Of a DNA stretch of 64,000 nucleotides, positions 1-10,379 are shown in pieces. Source of the DNA: an uncultured Chloroflexia bacterium. GTDB taxonomy: Bacteria > Chloroflexota > Anaerolineae > JAAYZQ01. The stretch's first letter is position 1; each line of letters starts with the position of its first letter. Below the pieces are notes generated by a model. The model was not told the DNA's origin and made no database searches. It saw nothing but the letters and a program-made list of their open reading frames with translations. Location: contig CAVOXA010000001.1 of assembly GCA_963700285.1 (NCBI GenBank), forward strand, positions 1,088,001 through 1,152,000. The letters run 5' to 3'. The position numbers were made by a program, and so were the translations under genes.

Positions 1-69
1 GAAGTCAATCTCTTCCGCACTGAGCGTCATACCGTCCCGCTTGTGTGCAATGATGTCAACCGCTCGCAT
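1..69 (-). CDS. pdp: Pyrimidine-nucleoside/thymidine phosphorylase, N-terminus (runs off the window)
   Basis: Not in the ORF track. ATG at 69 with AGGAGG RBS at 75-80 translates MRAVDIIAHKRDGMTLSAEEIDF, the typical Pdp/DeoA N-terminus. Confidence 0.8.
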   Translation of the reverse strand, partial: MRAVDIIAHKRDGMTLSAEEIDF

Positions 70-107
70 TTGATCCTCCTGGCGCTAGTATAGCATACAA
101 TAACAGA

Positions 108-137
108 TTGTAAAAGTCTCAATGGTTGTGGTATAAT
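108..137 (+). promoter_or_regulatory. Sigma70-type promoter for trmFO
   Basis: TTGTAA (108-113), 18 nt, TG-extended TATAAT (132-137). Confidence 0.55.
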
Positions 138-173
138 GGTGTGGTTATTCACCGGACTGGAAAGGGATCGCTC

Positions 174-1514
174 TTGACCGATCAGGAAAGCGTATCATCA
201 AACTCGTGCATCGTCGTTGGAGGAGGGCTAGCGGGTAGCGAGGCAGCCTGGCAGGCGGGGGAACGTGGCCTGGACGTGACGCTGTACGAAATGCGCCCGC
301 AGACCATGACCCCAGCCCACCTTTCAGACCAGCTTGCCGAGTTGGTTTGCTCCAATTCCTTGGGATCCAACCTCGTCGACCGGGCGCCAGGTCTGTTGAA
401 GGAGGAGTTGAGGCGTCTGGGTTCGGTGGTCATAGCCTGCGCGGACGCCACAGCTGTGCCGGCCGGGGGCGCCCTGGCTGTCGACCGAGATGCCTTTGCC
501 CGGATGGTTACCCATCGCATCAGTGCCCATCCTCGCATTACGCTGCGGCGCGAAGAGATTCGGAGGATCCCACAGGGCCAGCCGGTCGTCCTGGCCACGG
601 GCCCGCTCACTTCTCCAGAGCTGGGCTCCGCACTCGCCTCACTGACGGGCTCCGACCATCTCTACTTCTACGATGCGATGGCGCCCATTGTCACCGCCGA
701 GTCGGTAAACATGTCTGTGGCATTTCGAGCCAGCCGATATGGACAGGATGAGGGTGACTATCTGAACTGCCCCATGAACCAGGCCGAGTATGAGCTTTTT
801 GTTGAAGCGCTGCAAAACGCAGAAGTCCTCCCTCTGCGCGACTTTGAGCGCGAGGATCCCAAGTTCTTTGAGGCATGCCTGCCCGTAGAAGTGCTGGCCG
901 GGCGGGGAATCAAGGCGCTGGCTTTCGGCCCGCTCAAACCGGTGGGGCTGGCCGATCCCCGCACCGGTCGCCGACCCTACGCCGTGGTCCAATTGCGCCA
1001 GGACAACCAGGCTGCGACTCTGTACAACCTTGTGGGATTCCAGACGAATCTCAAGTGGGGCGAGCAAGAGCGTGTGTTTCGGCTTATCCCTGGCCTGGAA
1101 CGGGCCGACTTTGTCCGCTTGGGCCAGATGCATCGGAATACCTATATCAACTCGCCGACCCTGCTCCATCCTTCGATGCAGTTCCGCCAGCGGGATGATC
1201 TCTTTTTTGCTGGCCAGGTGACCGGCACCGAGGGCTACATCGGCTCGGTTGCTAGTGGCTTGGTGGCCGGGCTCAACGTGGCCCTCCATGTGGCGGGGCA
1301 ACCAACTTTCGCCTTTCCCAGGACAACGATGATTGGGGCTCTGTGCCACTATGTTTGCAGCGCTACGGCTGGCAGTTTCCAGCCTATGAAAGCCAACTTT
1401 GGATTGTTTCCCCCGCTTGTTCCGCCGGTGCGCAACAAGCGGGATCGCTATGCTGCCTACGCGCGTCGCGCCTTGGCAGACCTGGATAATAGTGGGCAGG
1501 TTAAAATCGTCTAA
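174..1514 (+). CDS. trmFO: Methylenetetrahydrofolate--tRNA-(uracil-5-)-methyltransferase TrmFO (Gid)
   Basis: Motifs [66 protein letters not shown]. Likely start is TTG at 174, downstream of the promoter and RBS. Confidence 0.95.
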   Translation: MTDQESVSSNSCIVVGGGLAGSEAAWQAGERGLDVTLYEMRPQTMTPAHLSDQLAELVCSNSLGSNLVDRAPGLLKEELRRLGSVVIACADATAVPAGGALAVDRDAFARMVTHRISAHPRITLRREEIRRIPQGQPVVLATGPLTSPELGSALASLTGSDHLYFYDAMAPIVTAESVNMSVAFRASRYGQDEGDYLNCPMNQAEYELFVEALQNAEVLPLRDFEREDPKFFEACLPVEVLAGRGIKALAFGPLKPVGLADPRTGRRPYAVVQLRQDNQAATLYNLVGFQTNLKWGEQERVFRLIPGLERADFVRLGQMHRNTYINSPTLLHPSMQFRQRDDLFFAGQVTGTEGYIGSVASGLVAGLNVALHVAGQPTFAFPRTTMIGALCHYVCSATAGSFQPMKANFGLFPPLVPPVRNKRDRYAAYARRALADLDNSGQVKIV

Positions 1515-1568
1515 ATTCGTCAATTAACGTACATAATAGCTGAAATCTGCTTTAATCGAGATGGTAAC

Positions 1569-1596
1569 TTGACAAGACGCGAGAATATGGTATAAT
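1569..1596 (+). promoter_or_regulatory. Consensus sigma70 promoter
   Basis: TTGACA (1569-1574), 16 nt, TGG-TATAAT (1591-1596). Confidence 0.7.
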
Positions 1597-1918
1597 TGCC
1601 GGTGCCGGATGATCGTGTCCGCCGCCGGCAGACTGCTCACAGGGGGTCTAGGACATGGGGGGAAAGATATTTCCTCCCAACGTCAACCTTTAAGAGGATT
1701 GCGGATCGAGATCATTATGCTATAATTGATGGTAAAGTAGGCTACGGAGACGTTTCTCCTGCCAGGTTCAGGCTCGATGCTTTGGCCCTCGTCTCATGCT
1801 AGCGGTATCGAGAGAGATGGCAGAAGGCGGTTCTTGGTATGGATCCCGGCCACTTGAGATGGTTAGGCTGATGTGGATGAGCGTTGCGTAACCCTTGTCC
1901 AAAAGGAGGTTAAGGAGC

Positions 1919-3502
1919 ATGAAGAAAAAAAGGACCCTGTTCCTCTCACTGATTTTGGCCTTGCTCACTGCGGTGGTTGCTGTGCCAGGGATCCAGCTCG
2001 CTGGCGGCTCGACGGAGCGCCTGGCCAACGGTAGCTTTGAAGATGGCTTCTATTCCACCCCGGCCGGTTTTGTTGGCAAGCATTGGAAGTGGTTCCACAA
2101 TGGTGGACGGGCCTCCTATGGTTTCTATGATGAAACCTGGGCGCCGGTCATCTACGATGGCAAGCATTCGACGCTGATCGAGATCAACACCTACGATCGG
2201 AGCGGGTCTGATGCTGATCGTTATGCTGGCATCTATCAGACGGTGGCCGTGGTGCCGGGTGAAACCTACGACCTGTCCATGCACGGCATGTTGCGAGCCC
2301 TGGAAGAGGATCCGGATCGGGCTGGCTACAACTACCGCGTCGAGTATGGTATTGACTATCACGGTGGCGACAACTGGCGAGAGGTGACCGAATGGTACGA
2401 GCTTCCCTGGAATGAAGTTCATCCCCGCCTGACGCCGGGGTCCATGGAGTCTTTTTCTACCTCGATCAAGGCTACCAGCGATCGGTTGACCCTCTACGTC
2501 CGTGCCTGGAAAAAGTGGGGTACGGCGATGCGGGAATTGGACGTTAACGTAGATGCCATCAGCCTGAAAGGTGCAATGCCGGTGGATGTGGATGAAGGCA
2601 AAGAGAAGCCAGCCACTTCCGCAGACGCAGCTCATCCAGATGCCGATCCTGGACTGACCGTCTTTTTTGAGGCACCTGCCTTCCCTGTCAAGGGCTGGGA
2701 GTATACCATCACAGTGGACGCCAGCAACGATGTGGGAGTCACCAAGCTGCAGTTCTTCAATGGCAAGGGCAAGATCGGCGAGGTCACCTATGAGGTGGGA
2801 CCCCTGAGTGTGTCTCATGATTTTGTATGGCAGCCGGAAAAGACTGGGAACCAGAAGCTCAGCGCTGTGGCCTACGATGTGGGTGGTGCCGTGGCGAAGC
2901 ACAAAGTTCAGGTCGTTGTTGGCAAGAAGGGCGGATTCTTGGCCAATGGTGATTTTGAGGAAGGGTTCTACATGACCTCCTTTGGCGAGGTCGGCAACGA
3001 GTGGGGGTCGTTTAACAATGGCGGCCCTGCCAGCTATGGCTATTACGATGACACCTGGCCTCCCGTGGTTGAAAAGGGCGAACACTCGCAGCTAATCGAG
3101 ATCAACACGTACGGCCGGAGTGGGTCGGAGCCAGACCGATACTCGGGAATCTTTCAGACTGCGGAGGGATTGACGGTCGGGGCCATGTACGAACTATCGT
3201 TTGACGGCATACTGCGAGCCCTGGCGGACGACCCGGACCTTGAAGGCTACAACTACCGCGTGCAATGGGGTTACACCACCGATGGCAGTACCAATTGGAG
3301 GGACGTGGACAACTGGGTCGAGGTCCCCTGGAACAGAGTCTATCTCAGGACAGATCCAGGCAAGATGAAGGGTTACACCACCTACATTGAAGCACCGTCC
3401 GGCGAGATCACACTCTTTATCCGCGCCTGGAAAAAGTGGGGAACGGCCATGAAAGAGTTGGACTTGAACGTGGACAACGTCAAGCTGGTCGGCTATAAAT
3501 AG
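1919..3502 (+). CDS. Secreted protein: two homologous carbohydrate-binding-like (CBM4/9-like) domains around an Ig-like domain
   Basis: Signal peptide MKKKRTLFLSL. Duplicated block LANGxFEEGF...GEHSQLIEINTY...GYNYRV...RAWKKWGTAMxELD. AAGGAG RBS before ATG 1919. Confidence 0.75.
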   Translation: MKKKRTLFLSLILALLTAVVAVPGIQLAGGSTERLANGSFEDGFYSTPAGFVGKHWKWFHNGGRASYGFYDETWAPVIYDGKHSTLIEINTYDRSGSDADRYAGIYQTVAVVPGETYDLSMHGMLRALEEDPDRAGYNYRVEYGIDYHGGDNWREVTEWYELPWNEVHPRLTPGSMESFSTSIKATSDRLTLYVRAWKKWGTAMRELDVNVDAISLKGAMPVDVDEGKEKPATSADAAHPDADPGLTVFFEAPAFPVKGWEYTITVDASNDVGVTKLQFFNGKGKIGEVTYEVGPLSVSHDFVWQPEKTGNQKLSAVAYDVGGAVAKHKVQVVVGKKGGFLANGDFEEGFYMTSFGEVGNEWGSFNNGGPASYGYYDDTWPPVVEKGEHSQLIEINTYGRSGSEPDRYSGIFQTAEGLTVGAMYELSFDGILRALADDPDLEGYNYRVQWGYTTDGSTNWRDVDNWVEVPWNRVYLRTDPGKMKGYTTYIEAPSGEITLFIRAWKKWGTAMKELDLNVDNVKLVGYK

Positions 3503-3528
3503 CCTGTGTGGGAGTCGATCAATCTGTG

Positions 3529-3570
3529 CCGCGGAGGGCCACGCCTGGCCCTCCGCGGACTCTTTTTTTT
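3529..3570 (+). terminator. Intrinsic terminator
   Basis: CCGCGGAGGGCCA-cgcc-TGGCCCTCCGCGG hairpin followed by T8. Confidence 0.85.
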
Positions 3571-3599
3571 GGAAGGACGATGCAGCCAAGGTTGCAGTC

Positions 3600-5327
3600 A
3601 TGACCGATCTCGAGCCTCCTCATAGAAGGTCGCCTGGGCCAGAGTTGGCGGATGCGGGGGGCTTGGCCCCGTCACTGGACAGGGCGCAGGCTATCCGTAT
3701 CCTCACTCGCCGGCTGGAGCTACTGGTTGGGGGGATCCGCCTCTCAAAAAGCGGCATTTCCCGCTTAGCGCGCTATCTCGGTAGCCAGCAATTTGCTGCT
3801 GGCGACGTGATCCTCCAGTACGGTGAGCGGGGCGATTTCATGGGCCTGGTTGGTACCGGACAGGTGGCCGTGTACGATCCCCCCGAGGAGGAATCCCTCG
3901 CACTCCCAGACGCTGGCGCGCTGGCGCTGCTTCTACAGCCAGGGAGTACCTTTGGCGAGGCGATGCTGCTCGATGGCCGTCCCTGTGGCAGCACCCTTTG
4001 TGCGATGTCAGATACCACTCTCTATGTGCTGAGTCGCGATGATTACCTGACCGTGGCCGCACAGAGATCATCGAGACCCCGGCGCGCTTCCAGCCCCTGG
4101 TGGCTGTGGCTTCTGCCCCTTGTGTTGTTGGCAGCCATCGCCCTGTCAGTCTCGGGGATCTATTTGACATCAACCCTATTAAATAGCCCCATGGCAAATG
4201 GGACTCAAGCAACTGTTCCCGCTGCCCCTGATCCCGGCAGCGAGGCCGTCCAGGTTGTCACGCCCAAGAATGGACAGGCATTACGAGTTTCTGAACCGAT
4301 TCTTGTCCAGGCCATGCTGCCAGAGCCGGGGGTTTCCCAGGCCGAACTGGAGGTGGATGGGTGGCCGCAAGGGCGGCAGATCAACGATGATCCTGAGAGG
4401 ATCCCCTGGCTCCCAGAGTGGGTCTGGGAAGATGCAAGCCATGGCTCTCATGTGCTTATGATCCAGGCCTATGCTATGGCAGGAGAGATGATCGTATCGG
4501 CACCGGTAACCGTCACTGTGGTGCCATCGGGGACATTGGCCTTTGCCAGCAACCGTGATGGGCCCTATGGTGTCTTTACGATGACCAGTGATGGTCGTCG
4601 CCTGGCCCGATTGACGCTGGGACCCGGGGATAGCCGCCAGCCTGCCTGGCGTACTGCCAGCACCCTGGCCTTCGTAGCCGAGCTAGAGATTGGCCGGACT
4701 CTGATCCGCCAGGTTGCGCTTGACGGAGCGGTGGTCGAGGATGTGGGTGCTGGCCGGGAGCCGGCCTGGTCACTGGACGGAACACTCTTGGCCTATGCCA
4801 CATCGGTGGAGGGAGTGAGCCAGGTTTTCGCGTACAGGATTGGAGAGGGGGCCCCGATACAAGTGACAAACGAGGACACGTATGCCGGCCAGCCGGCTTG
4901 GTCCCCAGACGGGACGTACCTGGCGTACGTGGCTGACCGGGATGGCAACTGGGATATCTGGGTCGTAGCGCCAGATGGTGGTGAGCCACGACGCCTGACA
5001 ACGGACCCTGCCATGGACTGGGCACCGGCTTGGTCGCCCGATGGTAGCCATCTGGCTTTTGTCTCTGATCGTGGGGGGAGCCATCAGATCCATATACTAC
5101 CGGTGGGTGGCGGTGACGCGAGACCCTTGACCGACCTGCTCCAAGGCGCCGAATCGCCAACCTGGTCGCCCGATGGTCTCTGGCTGGCTTTTGTGGCCTA
5201 TACGGGGGAGGGTCAGGGTATCAACGCCCGCGAGATCTACCTCATGCGGGCCGGCGGCCAGGATCAGGTCCGGCTTACGTACAATGCCTTTGACGATTCG
5301 CAGCCAGACTGGCGCCGGATACCCTGA
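3600..5327 (+). CDS. Membrane protein: cNMP-binding domain, TM helix, Ig-like domain, TolB-like (PD40) propeller
   Basis: GDVILQYGERGD...FGEAMLL (cNMP-binding), hydrophobic WWLWLLPLVLL, repeated PAWSPDG motifs. Confidence 0.8.
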   Translation: MTDLEPPHRRSPGPELADAGGLAPSLDRAQAIRILTRRLELLVGGIRLSKSGISRLARYLGSQQFAAGDVILQYGERGDFMGLVGTGQVAVYDPPEEESLALPDAGALALLLQPGSTFGEAMLLDGRPCGSTLCAMSDTTLYVLSRDDYLTVAAQRSSRPRRASSPWWLWLLPLVLLAAIALSVSGIYLTSTLLNSPMANGTQATVPAAPDPGSEAVQVVTPKNGQALRVSEPILVQAMLPEPGVSQAELEVDGWPQGRQINDDPERIPWLPEWVWEDASHGSHVLMIQAYAMAGEMIVSAPVTVTVVPSGTLAFASNRDGPYGVFTMTSDGRRLARLTLGPGDSRQPAWRTASTLAFVAELEIGRTLIRQVALDGAVVEDVGAGREPAWSLDGTLLAYATSVEGVSQVFAYRIGEGAPIQVTNEDTYAGQPAWSPDGTYLAYVADRDGNWDIWVVAPDGGEPRRLTTDPAMDWAPAWSPDGSHLAFVSDRGGSHQIHILPVGGGDARPLTDLLQGAESPTWSPDGLWLAFVAYTGEGQGINAREIYLMRAGGQDQVRLTYNAFDDSQPDWRRIP

Positions 5328-5390
5328 CAGGAGCCTGCTTGTGGCCGCAGTGCATTTGCTTTTTGACCGTACTACGGCTAAAATGGGCAC

Positions 5391-6701
5391 ATGCAAATTG
5401 ATGGGCTTCCCCTATCGCGGCGCCGTTTTTTGCTGGGCGCCGGTGCAGCGGTGCTGGCTGCGTTCCTATCGGCCTGTGGTCTTCCCGTAGACGGTTCCCC
5501 GACCAAGACGCCTGGACCGACACCGTCCGGCTCTGGGACGTCCAGTGGCCTGGTCCGTCCCACCCTGCCCAGTACGACGCCTACCCGCACAGCGACCACA
5601 TCGCCTACGTCGATCTCTACTGCCCAGGCAACGGTCACGCGCGCTGACTTTCACCAGCAGGCTGCCTTGATGGACTCGCCCTTGGTACCAACGGCTACAG
5701 ACGCTCCTCCGTCTCCGACGCCTCCTCCTGCGCCGACGCCGACGCCAGCAGCGACGCCCTTCCCGGCGGGCCCGCCAAGCAAGCTGGGGTTGTTCGTAGG
5801 CTGGTATCACAACCAGGTTATGGAACTCATTGCTACTCGCAATGTGGCAGTGCTCAAGACCCTGGAACTAGATCCGAACTTTTTGGCTGAAGTCAAAGCC
5901 CGCTCGCCAGAAACGCTCATCGTTGGCAGGGTGACTCTGGGGCAGCTTGACCTGAACCACCCCAATCTCCAGAGCGAGGCTCGTCGCGCTGTCGATGCGG
6001 TTCTACCTATCGCGCTCGATGAGCGCCGGGTTGGCCTGGTCGATGCCTGGGAGGGATTCAATGAACCAGTTCCAGGCAATGAGGAGCAGATGCGAAGGCT
6101 GGCCAAGCTGGAGGTCGAGCGTGTGCGCTTACTGGCGGCGAATGGGCTGCACGCCGTGGTGGGCAACTTTGGCACAGGCCAACCGCCTCTTGAGTGGTGG
6201 CCGGCTTTCCGCCCTGCCTTGGAGGCGGCTCAAGCCCACGCGGGCTACCTGGGCTTGCACGAGTATTCGGCCCCGACAATCTGGTTCAATACCAACCGCG
6301 ATCCCCTGGATTTTGGCGTGGCTGCAACAGACGAGGGCTGGCTGACCCTTCGCTACCGCAAAGTCTATGGTCAGTATCTGATCCCCTGGGGCTTGCGCCT
6401 GCCCTTGATCATCACCGAGTGTGGCGTCGATGGCTTGGTGAACGACCGGCCCGGTCCGCTGGGCAAGGGTTGGATGGACTTTGCTGGTTTTTGGGCGGAG
6501 ATGGGCATGGGCCAGGATGCGGCCGGCAACTATGTTGAGCAGTTAGCCTGGTATGATGGCCAATTGCAGTTGGACGATTATGTGCTCGGGGCCACAGTGT
6601 TCGCCATGACCGCCTTTGAGGAATGGCGCAGCTACGAACTCAAGGGCGAGGCTGCAGCGATACTGCAGCAGTACCTCTCGGTCCATCCCCCGCGCCAGTA
6701 G
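5391..6701 (+). CDS. Tat-exported lipoprotein with Pro/Thr linker and glycoside-hydrolase-like TIM barrel
   Basis: SRRRFL Tat motif, LSAC lipobox, PT-rich linker, NEP...LHEY...ITECG (clan GH-A-like). Confidence 0.7.
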   Translation: MQIDGLPLSRRRFLLGAGAAVLAAFLSACGLPVDGSPTKTPGPTPSGSGTSSGLVRPTLPSTTPTRTATTSPTSISTAQATVTRADFHQQAALMDSPLVPTATDAPPSPTPPPAPTPTPAATPFPAGPPSKLGLFVGWYHNQVMELIATRNVAVLKTLELDPNFLAEVKARSPETLIVGRVTLGQLDLNHPNLQSEARRAVDAVLPIALDERRVGLVDAWEGFNEPVPGNEEQMRRLAKLEVERVRLLAANGLHAVVGNFGTGQPPLEWWPAFRPALEAAQAHAGYLGLHEYSAPTIWFNTNRDPLDFGVAATDEGWLTLRYRKVYGQYLIPWGLRLPLIITECGVDGLVNDRPGPLGKGWMDFAGFWAEMGMGQDAAGNYVEQLAWYDGQLQLDDYVLGATVFAMTAFEEWRSYELKGEAAAILQQYLSVHPPRQ

Positions 6702-6718
6702 TCTATCCAGATACCTGC

Positions 6719-7297
6719 TCAGGGGCGATTTCTGCCGTCCGGCAGGGTAACACCCTCCAGTGATGCCGCTTGGGAAAGCTGATCATCAGTGACCCTGGCC
6801 CCTTCCAGAGACGCTCCGCGAAGGCACGCGCCCTGCAGGTCCGCCCCATCCAGATCTGCCCCCGGAAGGGCTGCGAGCTCCAAGTTGGTACCACGCAGAT
6901 TCGTCTTGCCCAGCTTGGCTTCCTCCAGGTTGGCTCCCCACAAGCTGGCTTTCTCCAGATTAGCCCGGTTCAGGTTGGCGGCTTCCAGGATGGCGCCTTC
7001 CAATGTGGCCGCCTCCAGGCTGGCCCGGCTCAGATTGGCGTCGCGGAGGTTGGCGCCTGCCAGCCTGGCCCCTTGTAGCACCGCCTTCCTCAGTGATGCC
7101 TGGCCAAGGTTTGCCCATCGAAGATCAGCGTTGGAGAGGTCGGCCGAGTCCAGGTTCGCTTCACTGAGATCGGCGCCGCTGAGGTCTACTCCGTGCAGGA
7201 CAGCCCCTTTCAGCTCGGCGTTCTGGAGATCAGCGCGGGCAAAAGAGCGCTCCCCGGCCTGGTAGCGTTCCAGCAACTCACGTGCGTCCATGGCCAT
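6719..7297 (-). CDS. Pentapeptide repeat protein
   Basis: ELLERYQAGERSF N-terminus, continuous A(D/N)Lxx repeats, C-terminal TLPDG. Confidence 0.9.
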   Translation of the reverse strand: MAMDARELLERYQAGERSFARADLQNAELKGAVLHGVDLSGADLSEANLDSADLSNADLRWANLGQASLRKAVLQGARLAGANLRDANLSRASLEAATLEGAILEAANLNRANLEKASLWGANLEEAKLGKTNLRGTNLELAALPGADLDGADLQGACLRGASLEGARVTDDQLSQAASLEGVTLPDGRNRP

Positions 7298-7323
7298 GGC
7301 TCCTCGAGCCGGTACGCATCCGG

Positions 7324-9813
7324 CTATTCAAACTCGCCGCTTCTGCGCTGGGAAACCTGCTCGGCCGGGCCGTCGCTTGTCTCAGCCCGACCTTCCTGCT
7401 CAGGCTCCTCTGCCGATTCCTCCTCTTTGGCCTTCAGGCTCTCAGCAATCTGCTCCAGACGCGCCATCACACGTCCGTGGACCGAGTCTGCGGGGTAGTC
7501 GCCATCCTTCTGAATGTCGCCGGCCGGTGCTCCCGTTAGGATCTCCAGGCCTTCGTCTACCGTGCGCACGGCATAGATGTGAAATCTGCCGTCCTCCACG
7601 GCTTGAATCACGTCCGCGTGGAGCATCAGGTTCACTACGTTCTGCGCAGGGATTATCACGCCCTGTTCTCCGGTCAGCCCCCGCTGAAGGCAGGTCACGT
7701 AAAAGCCCTCTATCTTCTCGTTGACCCCGCCGATTGGCTGGACGTTGCCCTGCTGGTCTACAGAGCCAGTGACAGCAAGCCCTTGTTTCAAGGGCAAACC
7801 GCTTAGGCTGCTGAGCAGGGCGTACAGCTCAGTCGAGCTTGCGCTGTCGCCCTCAATGCCTTCATACAGTTGTTCGAAGGAAATGGTTGCCGACAGGCTG
7901 AGCGGCTTCTTGAGGGCATATTTGCCGCCCAGGTACCCCGTCAGGGTGAGCAATCCCTTGTCATAGATGCTTCCACTTAGCTTGGCTTCGCGGTCCAGTG
8001 AGACAACGCCTGACTGGCCAGTATAGGTGCGGACCGTGATACGCGATGGCTTGCCAAAGCTATAGTTGCCCAAGGATAGGACGGCCAGACCGTTGACCTG
8101 GCCCACAACTTCTCCCTCGATATCCACGCGAATGGCCCCTTCATCGATCAGTTCCTGCATGCGCTCTTCAGCTCGATTGGCCCGCTGGATCTGGGCATCG
8201 AGGGCCTGCTGTATGTCGACAGCGGTCGTCCGATCGCGACCTGCATGCCTCGCCCAGTAGCTGGCTTCGCGGATCAGATCGGCGATGTCGCCAAAGCGCG
8301 TGGTCAACTTGGCCTGGTGCCCCGCCAGTCGCGAGCCATACTCCACGATCCGTCCCACTGCCTGTGGCTCAAAGTGTAAGAGTTTCTCCTGGTGGCAGCG
8401 TGCGGCGACAAACTGCGCATAATACTGGCAGGTCTCCGGCGTGCGTTCAAAGTCAGTGCCAAAGTCAGCCTGGACCTTGAACAGCTTGCGGAAATCTTCG
8501 TCGTGCTCGTGGAGAAGGTAGTAGGCCAGCGGATCGCCGACAAGTATCACTTTGAGGTCCAGGCGGATGGGTTCGGGATCCAGCGTCACAGTCGAAACCA
8601 GCCGAAACTGAGAGCCTGGTTCCTCCAGTTGGATGGAGCGGTTCTTGAGTGCCCGCTTCAATGCGTCCCAGGCCAAAGGGTTTGTCGATAGCCCCTGCGT
8701 TTCGACCACCAGGTAGCCGCCATTGGCCCGATGCAGACAGCCGGGCTTGATCATGGTAAAGTCTGTGACCAGGGCGCCGAACTCGGCCCGGTACTCGATG
8801 CGGCCCAGCAGGTTCGGGTAGGTGGGGTTGGGTTGGAAGATGACGGGCGCGCCTTTCTGCTCGCTGTTGTCGACGATCACGTTGACCGTGTACCGCTTCA
8901 AGAGTGCTTCGCGCTGGCCAATCTTCATGCCGGCCTCAGGCCCCTCGGGACGCTCTTCTTCACCTCTGAAACCTCGCACATTTTCCACAATGTCGGCTTG
9001 GACAGCCTGCAGATACTCGGGGATTTCGTCCACGTATCCGTGCTTTTCCGTGAGATCGTTGATGAAGGGGCTTACAACAGAACGCGCGATCTCCTGGTCA
9101 AATCCCTGAAGGCGCCTCCGAGTGCTCTTTTCCAGGTCACGGATGGCGCGCATTGTTTCGGCCATCTCGATTTGCAGGGCTCGCTGGTTCTCTTCCAGGC
9201 TGTTGCGTGTTGGCTCGTCAAGTTGTTGATACTCCTCGGGCGTAATCACCTGCCCGTTGAGTACCGGCGCCAGTCCGATCCCCCTCGGAGTCTGCAGTAG
9301 GGTGAACCCCCGCTCGTTGGCCGTGTTCTCCAGTTGGGAAAACGCCTCGCTGCGCTGTTCCTGCATTTCGCGGACGATGCCCTCTTTTTGCTGCTCATAT
9401 TCTTTGCTCTCAAAAATCCTGGGGATCTCGCGCAGCAGGTCGTCTACCAACTCTTCCATGTCACGGCGCAGCTCAACAGCAGTGCCTGGCGGCAAAGAGA
9501 TGGCGTTGGGCCTGTTGGCGTCACCGAAATTATTGACATAGACCCAGTCTTCGGGGACCGGCTGGCTGGCAGCGACACGGTCAAGTAGCGTGTGGATGGT
9601 GGTGGCTCGGCCGGTGCCAGGGTCACCAAGGGCATAAATGTTGAAACCAGAGCTGGCAATGCCCACACCGAAATCAATGGCTTGGACCGCCCGGTCTTGG
9701 CCAATAATCGATACCTCGCCGGGCAGAGACGCCGTGGTCTCAAAGCCAAATCCGGTCACGTCACAGGGCTTCCACAGTTCGCTGCTTGCCAGTTCTTGGG
9801 GTTGCTCACGCAT
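7324..9813 (-). CDS. Lon-like ATP-dependent protease (AAA_32 + Lon_C, LonC/YcbZ type)
   Basis: IIGQDRA, G.PGTGR, HRANGGYL, GQVNGL, catalytic EGDSAS and QPIGGVNEKIEGF. Start at 9813 chosen from the RBS and promoter position. Confidence 0.9.
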   Translation of the reverse strand: MREQPQELASSELWKPCDVTGFGFETTASLPGEVSIIGQDRAVQAIDFGVGIASSGFNIYALGDPGTGRATTIHTLLDRVAASQPVPEDWVYVNNFGDANRPNAISLPPGTAVELRRDMEELVDDLLREIPRIFESKEYEQQKEGIVREMQEQRSEAFSQLENTANERGFTLLQTPRGIGLAPVLNGQVITPEEYQQLDEPTRNSLEENQRALQIEMAETMRAIRDLEKSTRRRLQGFDQEIARSVVSPFINDLTEKHGYVDEIPEYLQAVQADIVENVRGFRGEEERPEGPEAGMKIGQREALLKRYTVNVIVDNSEQKGAPVIFQPNPTYPNLLGRIEYRAEFGALVTDFTMIKPGCLHRANGGYLVVETQGLSTNPLAWDALKRALKNRSIQLEEPGSQFRLVSTVTLDPEPIRLDLKVILVGDPLAYYLLHEHDEDFRKLFKVQADFGTDFERTPETCQYYAQFVAARCHQEKLLHFEPQAVGRIVEYGSRLAGHQAKLTTRFGDIADLIREASYWARHAGRDRTTAVDIQQALDAQIQRANRAEERMQELIDEGAIRVDIEGEVVGQVNGLAVLSLGNYSFGKPSRITVRTYTGQSGVVSLDREAKLSGSIYDKGLLTLTGYLGGKYALKKPLSLSATISFEQLYEGIEGDSASSTELYALLSSLSGLPLKQGLAVTGSVDQQGNVQPIGGVNEKIEGFYVTCLQRGLTGEQGVIIPAQNVVNLMLHADVIQAVEDGRFHIYAVRTVDEGLEILTGAPAGDIQKDGDYPADSVHGRVMARLEQIAESLKAKEEESAEEPEQEGRAETSDGPAEQVSQRRSGEFE

Positions 9814-9845
9814 AATCTTTTGTTGCCTCCATGGTTGCTGCAAGG

Positions 9846-9874
9846 ATTATAGCTCTGGGGACACAGGCTGTCAA
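9846..9874 (-). promoter_or_regulatory. Consensus sigma70 promoter for the Lon-like gene
   Basis: Minus strand TTGACA (9874-9869), 17 nt, TATAAT (9851-9846). Confidence 0.75.
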
Positions 9875-10314
9875 GGCATGGACCCTGTGCATTGACTATC
9901 GCCCGGACCGCTGGCCCTGGCCCAGCCAGTGCTATCAGAGGTGCCGCCAGAGGCGGTTCCTAGGTCGCGCATGGTCCAACTATCGCTATCGTTCCATGCT
10001 TCTGGCCGGTAGTATGCGCGGACGAATGCCCGATGGGATGCTCGATCTCAGCAGGTACCTCTGTGCTTGCCCTTGGGCCCCGCGGCCAGGGGAGGGCATG
10101 GCCCCGGTGTCGAATCGTTTCGCTCAGCTTCGTGCTGTGTTCGCTAGCAGTAGCCTTGTCGCAGTGGCCTTCCGAGACGCCAGTGACTTTTACTTTCAGG
10201 TCCCTGGCCCTCCGGCGTACCGCGTCGGGGAGGGCCAGGCTGCGCTCTGGAGGCTGGATAGTTGCGCCGTGGCAGCCGAAAGAATGTGTAGCTATGTTTT
10301 CCAGCCGATGGGAA

Positions 10315-10343
10315 TTGACAGCATTTTTGCCTCAAGGTATAAT
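10315..10343 (+). promoter_or_regulatory. Consensus sigma70 promoter
   Basis: TTGACA (10315-10320), 17 nt, TATAAT (10338-10343). Confidence 0.8.
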
Positions 10344-10379
10344 GAGCCGCTAGTTTTGAACCAAAGGGAGCGTAGAAGC

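Noticed and set aside
9831-10379. N-terminal 183 aa of the 500-aa S1 ORF
   Set aside because: A consensus promoter at 10315-10343 and the start of S1 homology place the real start at 10380.
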